60,000 nucleotides of DNA from Callorhinchus milii (Eukaryota): the NCBI RefSeq assembly GCF_018977255.1, contig NW_024704743.1:78308001-78368000 (forward strand). The letters are read 5' to 3'. The notes beneath the pieces were generated by a model. It worked only from the letters and a program-made list of their open reading frames with translations, had not been told where the DNA came from and ran no database searches. The position numbers and the translations under genes were made by a program. Shown piece by piece: positions 1 through 12,597 of this stretch (positions are counted from its first letter, which is position 1; every line of letters starts with the position of its first letter).

Positions 1-449
1 AAATAATGATCAGACAAAATTCTTCCCCATTCAAAATCAAAGGGAGAGAATTTTACAACAGATTGCAACTTACCAAAGGAATTGCAGAAAAAACATTACA
101 TCCAGGTTTAAAATATAATGTTATGTACCAATCTTGCTGTCACATTCAATCCTCTTGGTTACTTAGCTGGATGATGAACACTCCTCTATCAAAACATTAT
201 TACACTCAAACACATTGTGTGCATAAATATGCACGATAGCAGGCACTTACAGAAATGGAATTCTGATTCAAATTTGGTTGACATTAGAGGCAAACACCTG
301 TTACCAACCTTAATAACGATGGACTTATCTTCATGACCTTGGATTCAATCCAGCCTCAGTCAGTAATATAATAATAATATAATAAAAATTCTTGCATTTG
401 ATATAGAGCTTTTCACGTCTTCTTGACATCTCAAAGCGCTTCATAGAAT

Positions 450-2570
450 ATGCCGGAGCCTGGTGTGGGAGACGACAAGGGCTGCAGAGCTCTGGATGAT
501 CTGCAGCCTATGGAGGTAGGAGTCGGGGAGGCCGATAAGCAGGGAGTTCGGTAAGTCTAGCCTGAATGTGTGTATGAGGGTCTCGGCAGCCTGCGGCATG
601 AGAAGTGGCAGAGGGAAAGTAAAGGGGACGAGAAAATGCTCTGAGATGCTACCCTGCGGGGAGGGCGCTATATAAGTGAAAGTTGTTGTTGTTGAGCCGG
701 CATGACGTTGCAGAGGTGGGGGAAGGCAGAGCGGGTCATGGCACGGATGTGGGGTAGAAAGGACAATTGAGGATCAAAAAAGACGCCAAGGTTCCAGACT
801 GGCTTAGCAAGGTGGAGTGTGCAACCATGGATGGTGATGCTGTCAGTGCATGAGGTGTGGTGGCGTGGATGGGAGCCAATCTAGAAGGCCTCAATCTTGT
901 TGACATTAAGCTGTAAAAACTTAGCTCTCATCCAGGACTTGATGTCTGACAGACATTCTGTCAGGACAGCAGTGGTCCTGGAGTTGAGGGTGGAGGCAGA
1001 GAGGTAGAGTTGGGTGTCATCCGCATACATGTGGAAGTTGACCCTATGTCTGTGGATGATGTCACCAAAGGGAGCATGTAGATATTGAAGAGGAGGGGAC
1101 CAAGGACAGAGCCCTGAGGAACACCGCACGAGACAGTGTGGGGGCTAGAGGAGAAGCTCTTTGTGGAGATGGTGTGAAAGGTAGGATCTCTGAACCAAGA
1201 ACAGAACCATGAAGGTTGAGGTGAGAGGCTGTGGAAGAGGATAGGGTGCTCAACGGTATCAAAGGCACCAGAGAGGTCAAGGAGGACGAGGAGACAGAGG
1301 GAGCCTTAGTCGCAGATGGACAAAATGTCATTTGTCACTTTGACCAAAGCTGTTTCTGTGCTGTGGGTGACATGGAAATCCAATTGCAGGGGTTGTGAAG
1401 GGAGTGGCGGAAAAGGAAGGAGTGAAGCTGGGAAGCAACAGCTCGATCCAGGTCCTTGGAGAGGAAAGGGAGGTTGGAGATGCGGCCATTTTTAAAAGGG
1501 TGGGAACAGTCTCAGTGGACAGGGAGAGGTTTATGATGTCTGAGAATATGGGGGCATGGAGGTGGAGCTGTGAGGTAAGGAGAGGGGTAGTGATGGGGTA
1601 GAGGGAGCAAGTGGTCAGTTTCATGTGGGTTATAGTGGTGGTGAGAGAGGAGGCAGAGACAGGTTCAAAGATATGAAGGGAGGGATGGATAGGGGCCAGT
1701 GTGTGAGGAGGAGATGGGGAGGGATTAGTAGACGGAAGAGCAGAGGCACCTGAGTGGATTCCCTTGACTTTGGTTTCGAGAAAGTCTAGCATCTCCTCGC
1801 AGTTGGTGTTGGAGGAGAGGACGGGAGAGGTGTGAGAGGGTGGGCAGAGGAGCCAGTTGGTGATGGAGAAGAGGAGTCTAGGGTTGCTATAGGTCTCCAA
1901 GATTGTCTTGGAATAGAACGACGATTTAGTGGAGGCGCGGGCAGAGCGCTACGTTTTGATAAGGTCCAGCCAGATCTGCCAATGGATTGTTAAGTTAGAT
2001 TTGAGCCGGGTGTGTTGTGGGAACAGAGGTGGCTGGTGTACCAGGTTGACTTCCGTGAGTAGGAGTCGGTTCGGCAAGTGAGGAGAGCAAAGGTATCGAG
2101 AGTGGTGGAGAGGGAGTTGTGGAGAAGAGTGTCTGAGGATAGGTCATTGCGGGAAGAAGCCCAGAGGGGAAGGAGTTCAGATAACTCCAGGGCAATGGAG
2201 AGGGAGATTTTTTTTCCAGGGGTGGTAGGAGGTGGAGGTGGGTTGGGTGGCGGTGAGGTGAGGGTTTGAGGAATTAAGGGAGGTGAAGTAATGGTCTGAG
2301 ATGGCTTTGTCGATGATGGTGAGGCCCGAGACACTGAGGCCCCAGGTAATCACCAGGTCAAGCAGGCGGCCATGGAAATAGGGGGCGGAGTGGATTGGAG
2401 GGAGAGGTTGTGAGAGGAGAGGAGACAGGAGAATTCAGCGGAGATAGAGCAGGAGGGGGAGAAGTGCAGGTTGAAGTCGCCTAGGATGAGGTGGTGTTCG
2501 GAGCAGAGAAAGAGGGAAAACAGAAGGGAGGAGATGTCTGAGAGGAAGATGGGAGAGGGTTGGGAGGACA
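450..2570 (-). mobile_element. L2 LINE fragment, degenerate ORF2 (APE end plus RT)
   Basis: Minus ORFs give HHLILGDFNLH (APE), GVPQG-type region and FHMYADDTQLYLS (RT YADD); multiple frameshifts. Confidence 0.9.
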
Positions 2571-2576
2571 ATAAAC

Positions 2577-2904
2577 AATAATAATAATAATAATCCTTGC
2601 ATTTGATATAGCGCTTTTCACGTCGGGAGGACGTCCCAAAGCGCTTCACAGAACACACTGTAAAGTGAATTGACTGTATATTTGTGGGTGAACGCGGCAG
2701 CCAATTGCGCACAGCAATGTCCCACAAACAGTCGTGGATTGAAAATGATCAATTTTATTATTGTTTTTTTTGGTTTTTGGAGGGATTATTATTAGGCTCT
2801 GTGTGGAGTAAGGAAACTTGCCCAAGGTTTCGCCCTCTGCCTGGAATTGAACTCAGGTCTCTCGCTTGCAAAGCGAGTGCTCTAACCACTGAGCTACAGG
2901 ACTC
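2577..2904 (-). mobile_element. Young tRNA-Ala-headed SINE with L2-type tail, full length
   Basis: Head GAGTCCTGTAGCTCAGTGGTTAGAGCACTCGCTTTGCAAGCGAGAGACCTGAGTTCAATTCC (A and B boxes); tail GGGACGTCCTCCCGACGTGAAAAGCGCTATATCAAATGCAAGG(ATT)n; near-identical to copies at 17443, 29537 and 44365. Confidence 0.92.
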
Positions 2905-4072
2905 AACAAGGAGGAATTTGAGGAAAATGTTGGAGCATCACAGTGTTGACCTGGTGACTGAGTTGGGGGGATGGGAAGAGGAGATAACCAAAAATGCAGT
3001 CAAAGAGGCTGGCTTTAATAATGGAGAGGGAGGGGTGAGCAAAGAGACTCCAGAAAGGAGTTTCAGAGTGTAGGGGCAGAACGACTGATAGCTCACCTCC
3101 CTAATACATTAACAAATCAGCAATATATTAAATTGGATATCTTAAAATTATTAAATGACTTTTTTGAGTATCTCAGCTTGAGAAACTTTGTCCACATGAT
3201 AATATTATACTCTGCTAACTAAAATTGCTCATTGACAATTCAATGACCTCTTGTGTATTGCTGGTTGGCAAATGCACAACATTTACCTATTGCTTTTTTT
3301 GCCTTTCTTTTTTAAATATAATGGTTCCTTTCTTTATCCATGTTCAGAAGAATGTTCTCATGAACATATCTCCTATTGTTAGCAGATGTCAATTTTAAGT
3401 TCAAAATCTGTGATTTGAACTCAGACCTTCTTTGAAGATAGTTAATATCATTTATAACATCTGCTTTTTGTATAAGCCAAACAGTCCTTTTTTAAAGCAT
3501 ACATAAACATAATCTGGGATTCTGGTCCATGTATTGCTAGAGTAGCTGGCTGTGGGTCAATAGTAAAAGTTGATCATCTTCATGTTCAGACCTGGACAGT
3601 TATCCAAACATTTGACTCATATTCACCTGCAGCACACATTAAAATCCTATCAAGTGCTTAGGACATCCTCCCGGTGTGAAAAGCACTATATAAATGTAAA
3701 TTTGTGCCGTCTTCCCACTGTAATAAGTTGCTATATCAAATACAACAATTATTATTATATTTCATTGATTGCATCGCTGTTTGGGTTAAGTTCTCAGCAA
3801 CACTGGTGTTGTTGTTGGTGAGGTACAGGGGAATTTCCATGTGTAGATGACATTACATACGTGGAACTCACTGCTTCGGACTCTCTTTTCCATGTGGTTG
3901 GTTCCCACGTGTGCCAGATACCCGGCTGATCAAAGAACAAGAGCAGGTAACTATCCTGGTTCAAAGACTAAGATTTTTTTTCAGTAGAGTTGATATAAAG
4001 AGGCCAGCTTTTGCATAAACATACCTTTTACAAGTAATAATAGTAAATACAAGAGAGGAATGGGAGAACAAT

Positions 4073-4430
4073 ACAAAATACAATACAAAATTACATTTAT
4101 AGAGTGCCTTTCACATCGAGAGCACGTCCCAAGGGGCTGGATAGTCAGGAATTTGGACCCAAGCATGGTTTTGGAATCAGGGAGGGTGGAGGGCAGGGAG
4201 GGTGGGAGGATGGTCGAAAGCATGGTTGAAGAGGAGGGTCTTGAGACGTGCCTGGAGGGAAGCAAGGGAGGTTGCGAGGCAAAGGGTATGTGGGATGGAG
4301 TTCCAAAGGATGGGAGCAGAGAGGCTGAAGGCTCAACTGCTGATTGTGGGGAGGGGGACGTAAAGCAAGCTGGAACCTGCTGAGCAGAGGGGAGCGAACA
4401 GGTTGATATGGGAGTGGATAGGTTGACAAG
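4073..4430 (-). mobile_element. L2 LINE 3' fragment
   Basis: L2 ORF2 C-terminal region with purine-rich + strand and (TACAA)n tail. Confidence 0.8.
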
Positions 4431-4567
4431 AGAACACTCTTAACACCTCATGGTTTTGGTCTCCGATGGTTGACTGTATAGATTTGCTTGTTTTAATTTT
4501 ATTTCCATATTGAATTTAAATCAGACAATAATTGCTTTAAAATGTCAAGAGTGGTTATCCTCCCTCA

Positions 4568-4855
4568 ACAACAACAACAACAAGATTCCATTTTTAAAGA
4601 GCGCCTTTCATGTCGGGAGGACGTCCCAAGGCGCTGGACAGTTGGGTCAGGACCCGAGTGGGGGGAAATGATCAGGGTGAGGGAAGGGAGTGAGTGAGGA
4701 GGGGGTAGAGAGTCGAGAGGGGAGCTGAAGGCACGGTCAAAGAGACCGGCCTTGAAGTTGGAAAGGGAGGAAGCAAGGCTCCACCACTGTTAAGTGCTCC
4801 GAGATGCTGCCTCGTGTGAAGGGCGCTATATAAATGCAAGTCGCTGTTGTTGTTA
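4568..4855. mobile_element. Two short L2 3' ends in opposite orientation
   Basis: (CAA)n tail and stem-loop on the minus strand at 4568-4790, near-identical to 9497-9663; plus-strand tail ...GAAGGGCGCTATATAAATGCAAGTCGCTGTTGTTG at about 4790-4855. Confidence 0.7.
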
Positions 4856-5483
4856 GACTGGAATTCACTTCAATTCTATTAAGTTAATGTATTTTTTGTA
4901 CTTGGTCTACCAGGTGACTAACACGTGCAGAAATTCATCACCATGCTTAAGAGTATCGAAATCTCAGAATTCCACCTCTGTATGAATTAATTAAGGATAT
5001 GCCAAGACTAATTATTTTGTAGTTTTTTTTAAAAATCCATTAACTTTGGCTAAACTTTGGCAGTATAAACACAACAACATTTGATAATATTTTGGTAATA
5101 AGTTGATAATTTAGCATTATAATGGAATTTCCCCCTAGAGACAACAATCACAACAACTTGTATTTAGACATCACTCTTCACACAGGATAGCGTCCTGGAG
5201 CCCTGCAACAATCCTTTTTCCCTGCATCCAGCCCAGCAGCATAGAAAACATTGTCTCCAATGAAACATTTGTTTATCTCAATCTGCACCTTTCCATATGT
5301 CCTCCAACAAGGTTCCCACACAAACAATTATCCATGTTAAAAACAAGGTAACAAGATGTCAGAACATTTTTATGTAAAGGTATCTGGTTGTAAAATCATA
5401 ATTTAGTAAAATGGCTCTAATATATTGAACAAGTCCACTACTTATTGATGGGCCTTGGTGGATTTCATTACAACAATAAAGTT

Positions 5484-5807
5484 GAGTCCTGTAGCTCAGT
5501 GGTTGGAGCACTCGCTTTGCAAGTGAGGGACCTGGGTTTGATTCCCGGCAGGGTGAGACCTTGGGCAAGTTTCCTTACTCCACATCCCTGATAATAATCC
5601 CTCAAGAAAAAAAACAATAATAAATTGGTCACTTCAATCCATGACCGACTGTTTGTGGGACACTGCTGTGTGCAATTGGCTGCTGCATTTCGCCCACAAA
5701 TATACAGTTAATTCACTTTACAGTCTATTCTGTGAAGCGCTTTGAGATGTCCAGAAGACGTGAAAAGCACTATATCAAACGCAAGGATTATTAATATTAT
5801 TATTATT
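5484..5807 (+). mobile_element. tRNA-Ala-headed SINE, full length
   Basis: Same head, body and tail as the family consensus. Confidence 0.9.
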
Positions 5808-7184
5808 ACAACGAGCTTGTGTTACAGAGTCATTGTCACTCTTTATAAACTGTGGAAGCGTGGGTTTTCATCCGCATCAATGTTATATTATCAGGTCCCA
5901 CAGGTCCTCTCACAGTTCAAACAGATGTAAAGGAACCTTGCCAAAGCAAGAAGGGTATATGTTCAAAAGATCAGCATAAATGTTACAAGAATCAAGTCAG
6001 CATTTTAGGAGCTAACACAACTACTGTTACCATTTATTTCTATTATGTGCTGTCATTTTGTTGCAAGAATTATACTTTGCTGCTAATCGCTTCACATACG
6101 GTTTACTTTGTTGATAGAATTCAGTTCAGTTTGTTTTGTAAAAGTTTGAGAACTACCAGTCAAAGATATAATGAGACTTTGTATCCTGAATATTGTTACA
6201 GGAAGTCAACAGGATTTCAAAGATGTTTCCCCATCAACTGTGAGTGTGAGAAATAACCCAGCCTTAAAAGTAAAACATTCATTGCATGCATGTTCCTTTT
6301 CCCCTGATACTAGCATGTGTTAATTCGAGAGCTAAGATAGCTGAGAGTTTTAGCAAATCACCAAATGGAATTTCTCCTTTTTAAAAAGTATACTTCCAAT
6401 AAAAAATAAATATGTAAATAAACGCTAGCTATAATAAGAAGAATCCTTGCATTTGATATAGTGTCTTTGAGACTTCGCAAAGCGCTTCACAGAATATATT
6501 GTAAAGTGAATTTACTGTATTATTTTGTGGGCAAAACAGCTATAGCTAAGTTATTTTATCCATTTAGACTGCAATAATCATCATCACTGCAGTATAAACA
6601 CAGGCAATGTATTCAATGTGGACTACACTAAAAATGATCCATATTTTGAGTGTCTTAACAATATTTAAGGGACCAATTTTAAAATTATTGAAAGAGCTGG
6701 TCCTTACAACAAGTCATTAATACCACTGAAAACCAATGCTAGTTACCAGAGCAACATAAATGCTCATGAATTTGTATTCTTCAGACAACTTATGATTCTC
6801 ACTCCAGACTGTAGATAGATGAGAATAAGGTGGAACTGCTTCTGTAGAGGCATACCTGAGCTGCAGACTAATGGCAGAATGCCATAGTTTGTTCAGTGTC
6901 CTTCTCAGTCCTACGTTATAGTCAAGGAATCCAAATTTGGATACAGAATTTCTGCATCTCAGCTGCCTCCAGATTGTAATCAAGCACTGAAAAGAGCACG
7001 AAGTAACATAGAAATAGAGCCACTCACTGCTGGTAGCCTGTGACTCAGGTTTCAGTTAGCATTATCTTTTAACTATGTACATAATCTGCAGTTACTTAAC
7101 ATAAGCATTTGGAGTTATCTCAAGAAGCAATTGCAAGAGTGGCCTCAAGCAATTCCTTTGAGATAATGACTCTTGATGACGACA

Positions 7185-7520
7185 ACAACAACAATAGATT
7201 ACATTTATATAGCACCTTTCACATTGGGAGGACGTCCCAAGGTGCTGGACAGCCAGGGATTTGGACCTGAGCTAGGGGTCAGGATCAGGTGGGGTGGAAG
7301 GCAGGGAGGGTAGTAGGGTACCTGAAAGCGCAAAGGAGGGTCTTGAGACACGTCTTGAAGGAGGCAAGGGAGGGAGCGAGGTGAAGGGACTGTGGGATGT
7401 AGCTCCAAAGGGTGGGGGCAGAGAGGCTGAAGGCCCGACCACCTTCTAATGATGGTGGGGCGAGCCAGGTAGGAGATGTGGAGCAGGCCACAGCCTGCTG
7501 TCAGAGGGAGCGGACAGGTT
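7185..7520 (-). mobile_element. L2 LINE 3' fragment
   Basis: ORF 7285..7491 GGRAFSLSAPTLW...SLASFKTCLKTLL, the typical L2 ORF2 C-terminus; (CAA)n tail. Confidence 0.85.
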
Positions 7521-9058
7521 GATCAAACGTTAGTGAGCACCCTTGTTTTAGATAAAATATTTCAACAGCATGGGGCGTTGGGGGCTGGGGGGTGGGTGCT
7601 GGGGGGTGGGGGGGGGGAAGAAGACTTTTTTTTAAGAAAGGGAATTTATTTTTACATTACAATTTACTTTGGCCTTTCTTTGAAAGTTACTCCCTAGTCT
7701 TTCCACCAGAGATTTTTATTTTTCATTGGTAGACGTCACAGTCTTACTATTGGAACAGTTAAATGTGCAAACATTGGACTATGAAAAGCAGTGGAGAATA
7801 AATGCAGCAGCCAATCTAATAGTTTTCCGCTGGTGTTAAATTTACAGCCTGCCCACGATGAAATCTAGATCTTTGATTCTAGCTTTTACCTCCAAAAGCA
7901 AGCCTCAAAGAAATGGGAATCCGTGGTAAGTATTCTACCATTTCACCAGCCAACAGGAAATTAATCTGCAAGGTAACATCTGTGATTCACTTTATACAAT
8001 TTCAGATCAGTTTTGAATGTGTGCACAGCACATCAAATGCCACAGGAAGAAAGTTTGCAACAATGTTCTGTTAAAATCCCATGTGCCGATATTAAAGTGG
8101 CAATACAAGAACAAACAGGGGAAAGGGGGTGGAGAGGTTGGGACTGAGTTGGCGCCAAAGTCATGTGTCTGGCAATGGAATATCAGAATTGAGACGATCT
8201 CTGTGGCAATCCCAGTTGTCTTGTTCCTGAACCTGATAGGGCCGTAATACTCTTAAGGCATTGTTGAAGCCAAGCAGGGATTCTTCCCACTCAGCTCCTA
8301 TTAACCCTGTAAACCTCTTAATGGGTAGAGTGATCCTAGCTGGAGAAACAGCGAGCAGCTTGCCAGACAATGATAGGGGCTCCAATTGTAGAAGCTACTT
8401 GTAGTGCAATTTAGAGGAGAAATCCATTGGTTCCTAGGGTCTTGTAATTTGTTCTGCTATCTTCTGATTTCATGCTTGGACGGTGGCATATTCAATCTGA
8501 AGATAGGTTTAAATTTAAATTACACATATCAGAGTACATATGAGAAAAAGGGATAATGTGATTCATTTTTTTTTCTTTGTGCATATACAAGAATGTTGTT
8601 CTGAACATTGAAATAACTACTGTTGTAAACCTGCTCAGTATTGAATTAGGTAGAAATCTCACCAATAAATGGGGGCAGGGGCTTTTCACATCCTCCTTCC
8701 TATGTTAACGCTCAAGAGTATTTGGAATAAATTCATCAAACGCATTCATTCCACAGACCATGTTCCTTAATGGATCTACCCATCCTTCATATCACAGTCT
8801 CCTCGAAACTGCAATATAGTTGTCTAGGTAGTATCAAAACCAATGTCAAATGACCAATGTTAAGGTAATCAGGAAAACCAATGTGTGCTGTGCATGCTTG
8901 GAAGAAAGTGACAGAAAACATCACGAATATGAAATGAAATGTTGCAGCTGTACAATGAGCAACCGAGAGCAACCGCAAAAGCTCTGTATAAACCCAATTC
9001 TTGATGCTTTCTTTCGGTAATTATTTCCTAACCAGTAAATTTTGAAACACTATTATGA

Positions 9059-9162
9059 AACAAAAACAGAAGTCGCTGGGAACACTCAGCAGGTCAGGCA
9101 GCATCTATGGAGAAAGGAAAGTGAGTCAACGTTTCGGGTCCATGACCCTTCGTCAGAACTCA
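9059..9162 (-). mobile_element. Solo Penelope-like terminal (pLTR) fragment
   Basis: Near-identical to 19442..19545, the end of the GIY-YIG-bearing Penelope fragment. Confidence 0.85.
9122..9162 (-). ncRNA. Minimal type I hammerhead ribozyme motif (Penelope-associated)
   Basis: Minus strand TGAGTT-CTGACGA-A-GGGTC-ATG-GACCC-GAAAC-GTT-GACTCA: CUGANGA and GAAA cores, 5-bp stem II, 6-bp stem I, palindromic AACGTT at stem III. Confidence 0.75.
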
Positions 9163-9496
9163 AAGTGAGGGCCAGTCTCAACTGTTATGAGACTGGCCCT
9201 CACAGGCTCTGTGTTATACATGTTAAATTAAGATTTTATTTTCCGAAGATAGTTTAGAATATCCATTTAGGCAAAACAACAAATCTTTTAATCACTTGCA
9301 AAAATAAACTTTAGCCAGCAGCATTTATTCAGCAACATGTTATAGTTATGTATAAGTATGTATACATAGGTATTTATGATTTGAAAAGGAGAGAATAAGA
9401 GAAAGGGAGAGAGTGAAACTGAGAATTAGAGGAAACGTCAGAGAGAAAGACTACAAGAGAGAAATAAAGAAGTGTTGGTGCAGCATTGTACTATAG

Positions 9497-9663
9497 TGCC
9501 TTCAGCTCCCCTCTCGACTCTCTACCCCCTCCTCGCTCCCTCCCTTCCCTCCCCTCACCCTGACCATTTCCCCCCTGCTCGGGTCCCGACCCAACTGTCC
9601 AGCGCCTTGGGACGTCCTCCTGACGTGAAAGGCGCTCTATAAATGCAATCATGTTGTTGTTGT
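9497..9663 (+). mobile_element. L2 3' end fragment
   Basis: GCGCCTTGGGACGTCCTCCTGACGTGAAAGGCGCTCTATAAATGCAA then (TTG)n tail. Confidence 0.8.
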
Positions 9664-10614
9664 TATAGTGACCATAAAACTCCCAACAGAATTGTTTGAG
9701 TCAGCACAGTAGCGCAGACATTTTAAGGCCAAACATGTTGTAAAAAATATAAAAGCAAATAGAAATAGGACATTAATTCACATTAGTGCCATGAGATCCC
9801 TGTCCAACTTTCAAATGCTCAGTCAGTCCCTAAACATCTCTGTGCCGCAGTGAATCACGCACAATTGCTGATTTTGATTTTTAGTCAATATACAGGAAAT
9901 TAAATATCTGCCATCAAACAGACCAGATGAATGTTTGGCGAGTTACATCTTTTATTTCTCTTTGTATTTTGGCCCAGTCTTAATCCACATGGTATGTCCA
10001 GGCAGCATGGCAGTCATCACTTAAAGAGGTCCCTTCCTGCTGAATGAACTTTCAGACTTGCATAGACAATCTAAGCTGTTAACAGGGATTGTTAGTGAGA
10101 AATAATTTCCCCCCTATCAATTACCAAACTACCTCATAATTTTAAAGCTCTCAATCAGGTCTTCCCTCAACCTTCTCTATTTCAGTGAAAATAGGCCCAA
10201 ATCCTCCAGTCTCTATTCATGGGTTAAGCCAGTTATCCCTGGTAACACCTACTGACTGACCGAAGAAAGTCAATGGCAGAAAGCACAAAAATGTTCAGCA
10301 GAAATTGGGGAGGGGATGGGAGGGGAGCAAGCAGACAAAAAAATCAAAAATGCATAAAAGTAATCTGATAAACAGATCATAAATGCCATAATCTAATGTT
10401 TTTTGTCAGAACTCAGCTCCCGGCCTGCAGTAAGATTCCACACCATCTATGAGGGCCAAAAAGCACTTATCAGGAGAATGGCAGACTTGCGATCACCCAC
10501 AATCTGGTCTGAGCCAAGGCAATACGACGCACAAGGAGACATATTTTATGTCCCAAAGCACCCCTTCTGCTACCACACAAGCACTTAGTTAGTCCACTAT
10601 ATCAACTCAACAAA

Positions 10615-10870
10615 TGAGAGGATCCATTTGCCTGTCCAGGTGGATGTTAAAGATCTCATGGCAATATTTGAAAAGAGAAGGAAATTTCTCCCGGTATCCT
10701 CAACAATCCCCCAAATAAAACTGGTCACTCCACAGCTCCATGGTTTGTGGGACATTGTTATATGCAAATGGCTGCTGCAATTCATCCACAAAATACACAG
10801 TCAATTCACTTTACAGTATATCCTGTGAAGGGCTTTGAAACCTCCGAACAACATGATAATCATAATAATA
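10615..10870 (+). mobile_element. Older Deu-domain SINE (SacSINE1-like), partial
   Basis: TGCCTGTCCAGGTGGATGTTAAAGATCTCATGGCAATATTTGAA... resembles the DeuSINE core as I recall it; shares its 3' part with the young SINE. Confidence 0.7.
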
Positions 10871-11220
10871 ATCCTTTGCATTTGATAGAGCACCTTATTA
10901 TGTCTTCAAGATGTCTCAAAGTGCTTCACAGCATATTCTGTAAAATGAATTGACTGTATATTTGTGGGGGCAAAATGCGGCAGCCAATTGTGCACAGCAG
11001 TGCAACAGTCATAGACTGAGTGACCAAATTATTATTATTTTTTTAGGAATTATTACCCCCAGAAAAGCAATCCGCCAATCAACTAACAACCGGGTTCCTA
11101 CTCACTGTTAGGTAAACAGAGGCGTATGGAGCAAGGGAACTTGCCCAACATTTTGCCCCGTCCAGGAATCGAACCCAGGTCCTCTCACCTGCAAGGCAAA
11201 CGCTGTAAGCACTACGCTAT
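10865..11220 (-). mobile_element. tRNA-headed SINE, variant with central insert
   Basis: Family head and tail plus the CCTCTGTTTACCTA...GGAACC...GTTGTTAG insert also seen at about 11790 and 27300. Confidence 0.8.
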
Positions 11221-11685
11221 AAGGTGTTATATCAAATGAAGGGATATATCAAATTTATTATTAATTTTGTAAATCTCCACAAGATAATTACTTTTGTTTC
11301 ATTTGTTTATTTTATAAAAGAAACTTTACAATGTGGCGAACACAATATTGTGTCATAAGTGTTGCAATCTTGTTGAGATTGAGGTGAAAACCTTTTTGCA
11401 ACCCTCCCTGACAGAAATATATAAATACAAAATTTAGACAATTTCTACCCAGCAAATCCCCTAAAATAGGCTTTAGAATGTACCATTTGTGATGGTTCAC
11501 CAATAAGCAACTAAAGAAAGACCACAACTATGCAGAAACATCTGGAATGGAGATGGAGAACAGCTGTAATATCTTACCAAAATGGACTAAGATGATATTT
11601 AGTGAACCATTAAACCAATAGAAAAATTCATTGGTGTCCTTCCTATTCATAATACAATTTTAAAATTTGCATTGAATTTATTTGT

Positions 11686-12188
11686 GGAGTCCTGTAGCTC
11701 AGTAGTTAGAGCACTCGCCTCGCAAAGCCAGTGACCTGGGTTTGATTCCTGGCAGGACGAAATGTTGGACAACTTTCCTTACTCCACACACCTCTGTTTA
11801 CCTAAAAGCATTAGGAACCTGGTTGTTAGTCGATTGGCGGATTGCTTTTTCGGGGGTAATAATTCCTTCAAAAAAGATAATAATAATAATAAATTGGTCA
11901 CTTCAATCCACGACTGTTTGTGCGCACATTTTGATTTTGTTAAAAAATAAATCTGGTTTTGTCCCAACAAAGTCAGGATTATTAATATTATTATTTAACT
12001 ATTGCACACATTTATAGAGCGAATCATTGTTGATCAACTCAATAATGTTGTGTGTAATTGGCTGCGCGTTTCACCCACAAAATGTACAGTCAATTCACTT
12101 TACAGTATATTCTGTGAAGCACGTTGAGATGTCTCAAAGATGTGATAATCAAATGCAAGGATTGTTATTATTATGATTATTATTATTA
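11686..12188 (+). mobile_element. tRNA-headed SINE, insert variant, internally interrupted
   Basis: Family head at 11686 and tail at about 12150; foreign segment at about 11928-12045. Confidence 0.8.
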
Positions 12189-12289
12189 AACGACTGCACA
12201 TATTTATAGAGCGAATCAACCCAACAATGCTAATGTGACAAAACAGTGACAAATGTGTGTAGCAGCGTGGAATATAATAGATATAATAA

Positions 12290-12597
12290 TAATATATAAT
12301 AATAATCCTTGCATTTGATATAGCACTTTTCATGACTTCTAGATGTCTCAAAGTGCTTCATAGAATATATTGTAAATAGAATTGACTGTATATTTGTGGG
12401 CGAAATGGAGCAGCCAATTGCGCTCAGCAGTGTCCCACAAATAGTCGTGGATTGAGTGACCAAATTATTATTTTATTTATTTATTTTCTTGAGGTGTGTG
12501 GAGAAAGGAAACTTGCCCAAGGTTTCGCCCTGCCAGGAATAAAACCCAGGTCTCTTGCTTGCGAGGCGAGTGCTGTAACCACTGAGCTACAGGACTC
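12290..12597 (-). mobile_element. tRNA-headed SINE
   Basis: Family head and tail; tail-to-tail with the 11686 copy. Confidence 0.88.

Noticed and set aside
2350..2727. Recurrent ORF MWDIAVRNWLPRSPTNIQSIHFTVCSVKRFG... (also 17428, 29608, 44364) looking like a gene family
   Set aside because: It is a chance reading frame through the SINE consensus, not a protein gene.
5891..5912. RGPVGP collagen-like peptide on the minus strand
   Set aside because: Only two Gly-X-Y triplets and no flanking splice sites for a collagen-size exon.
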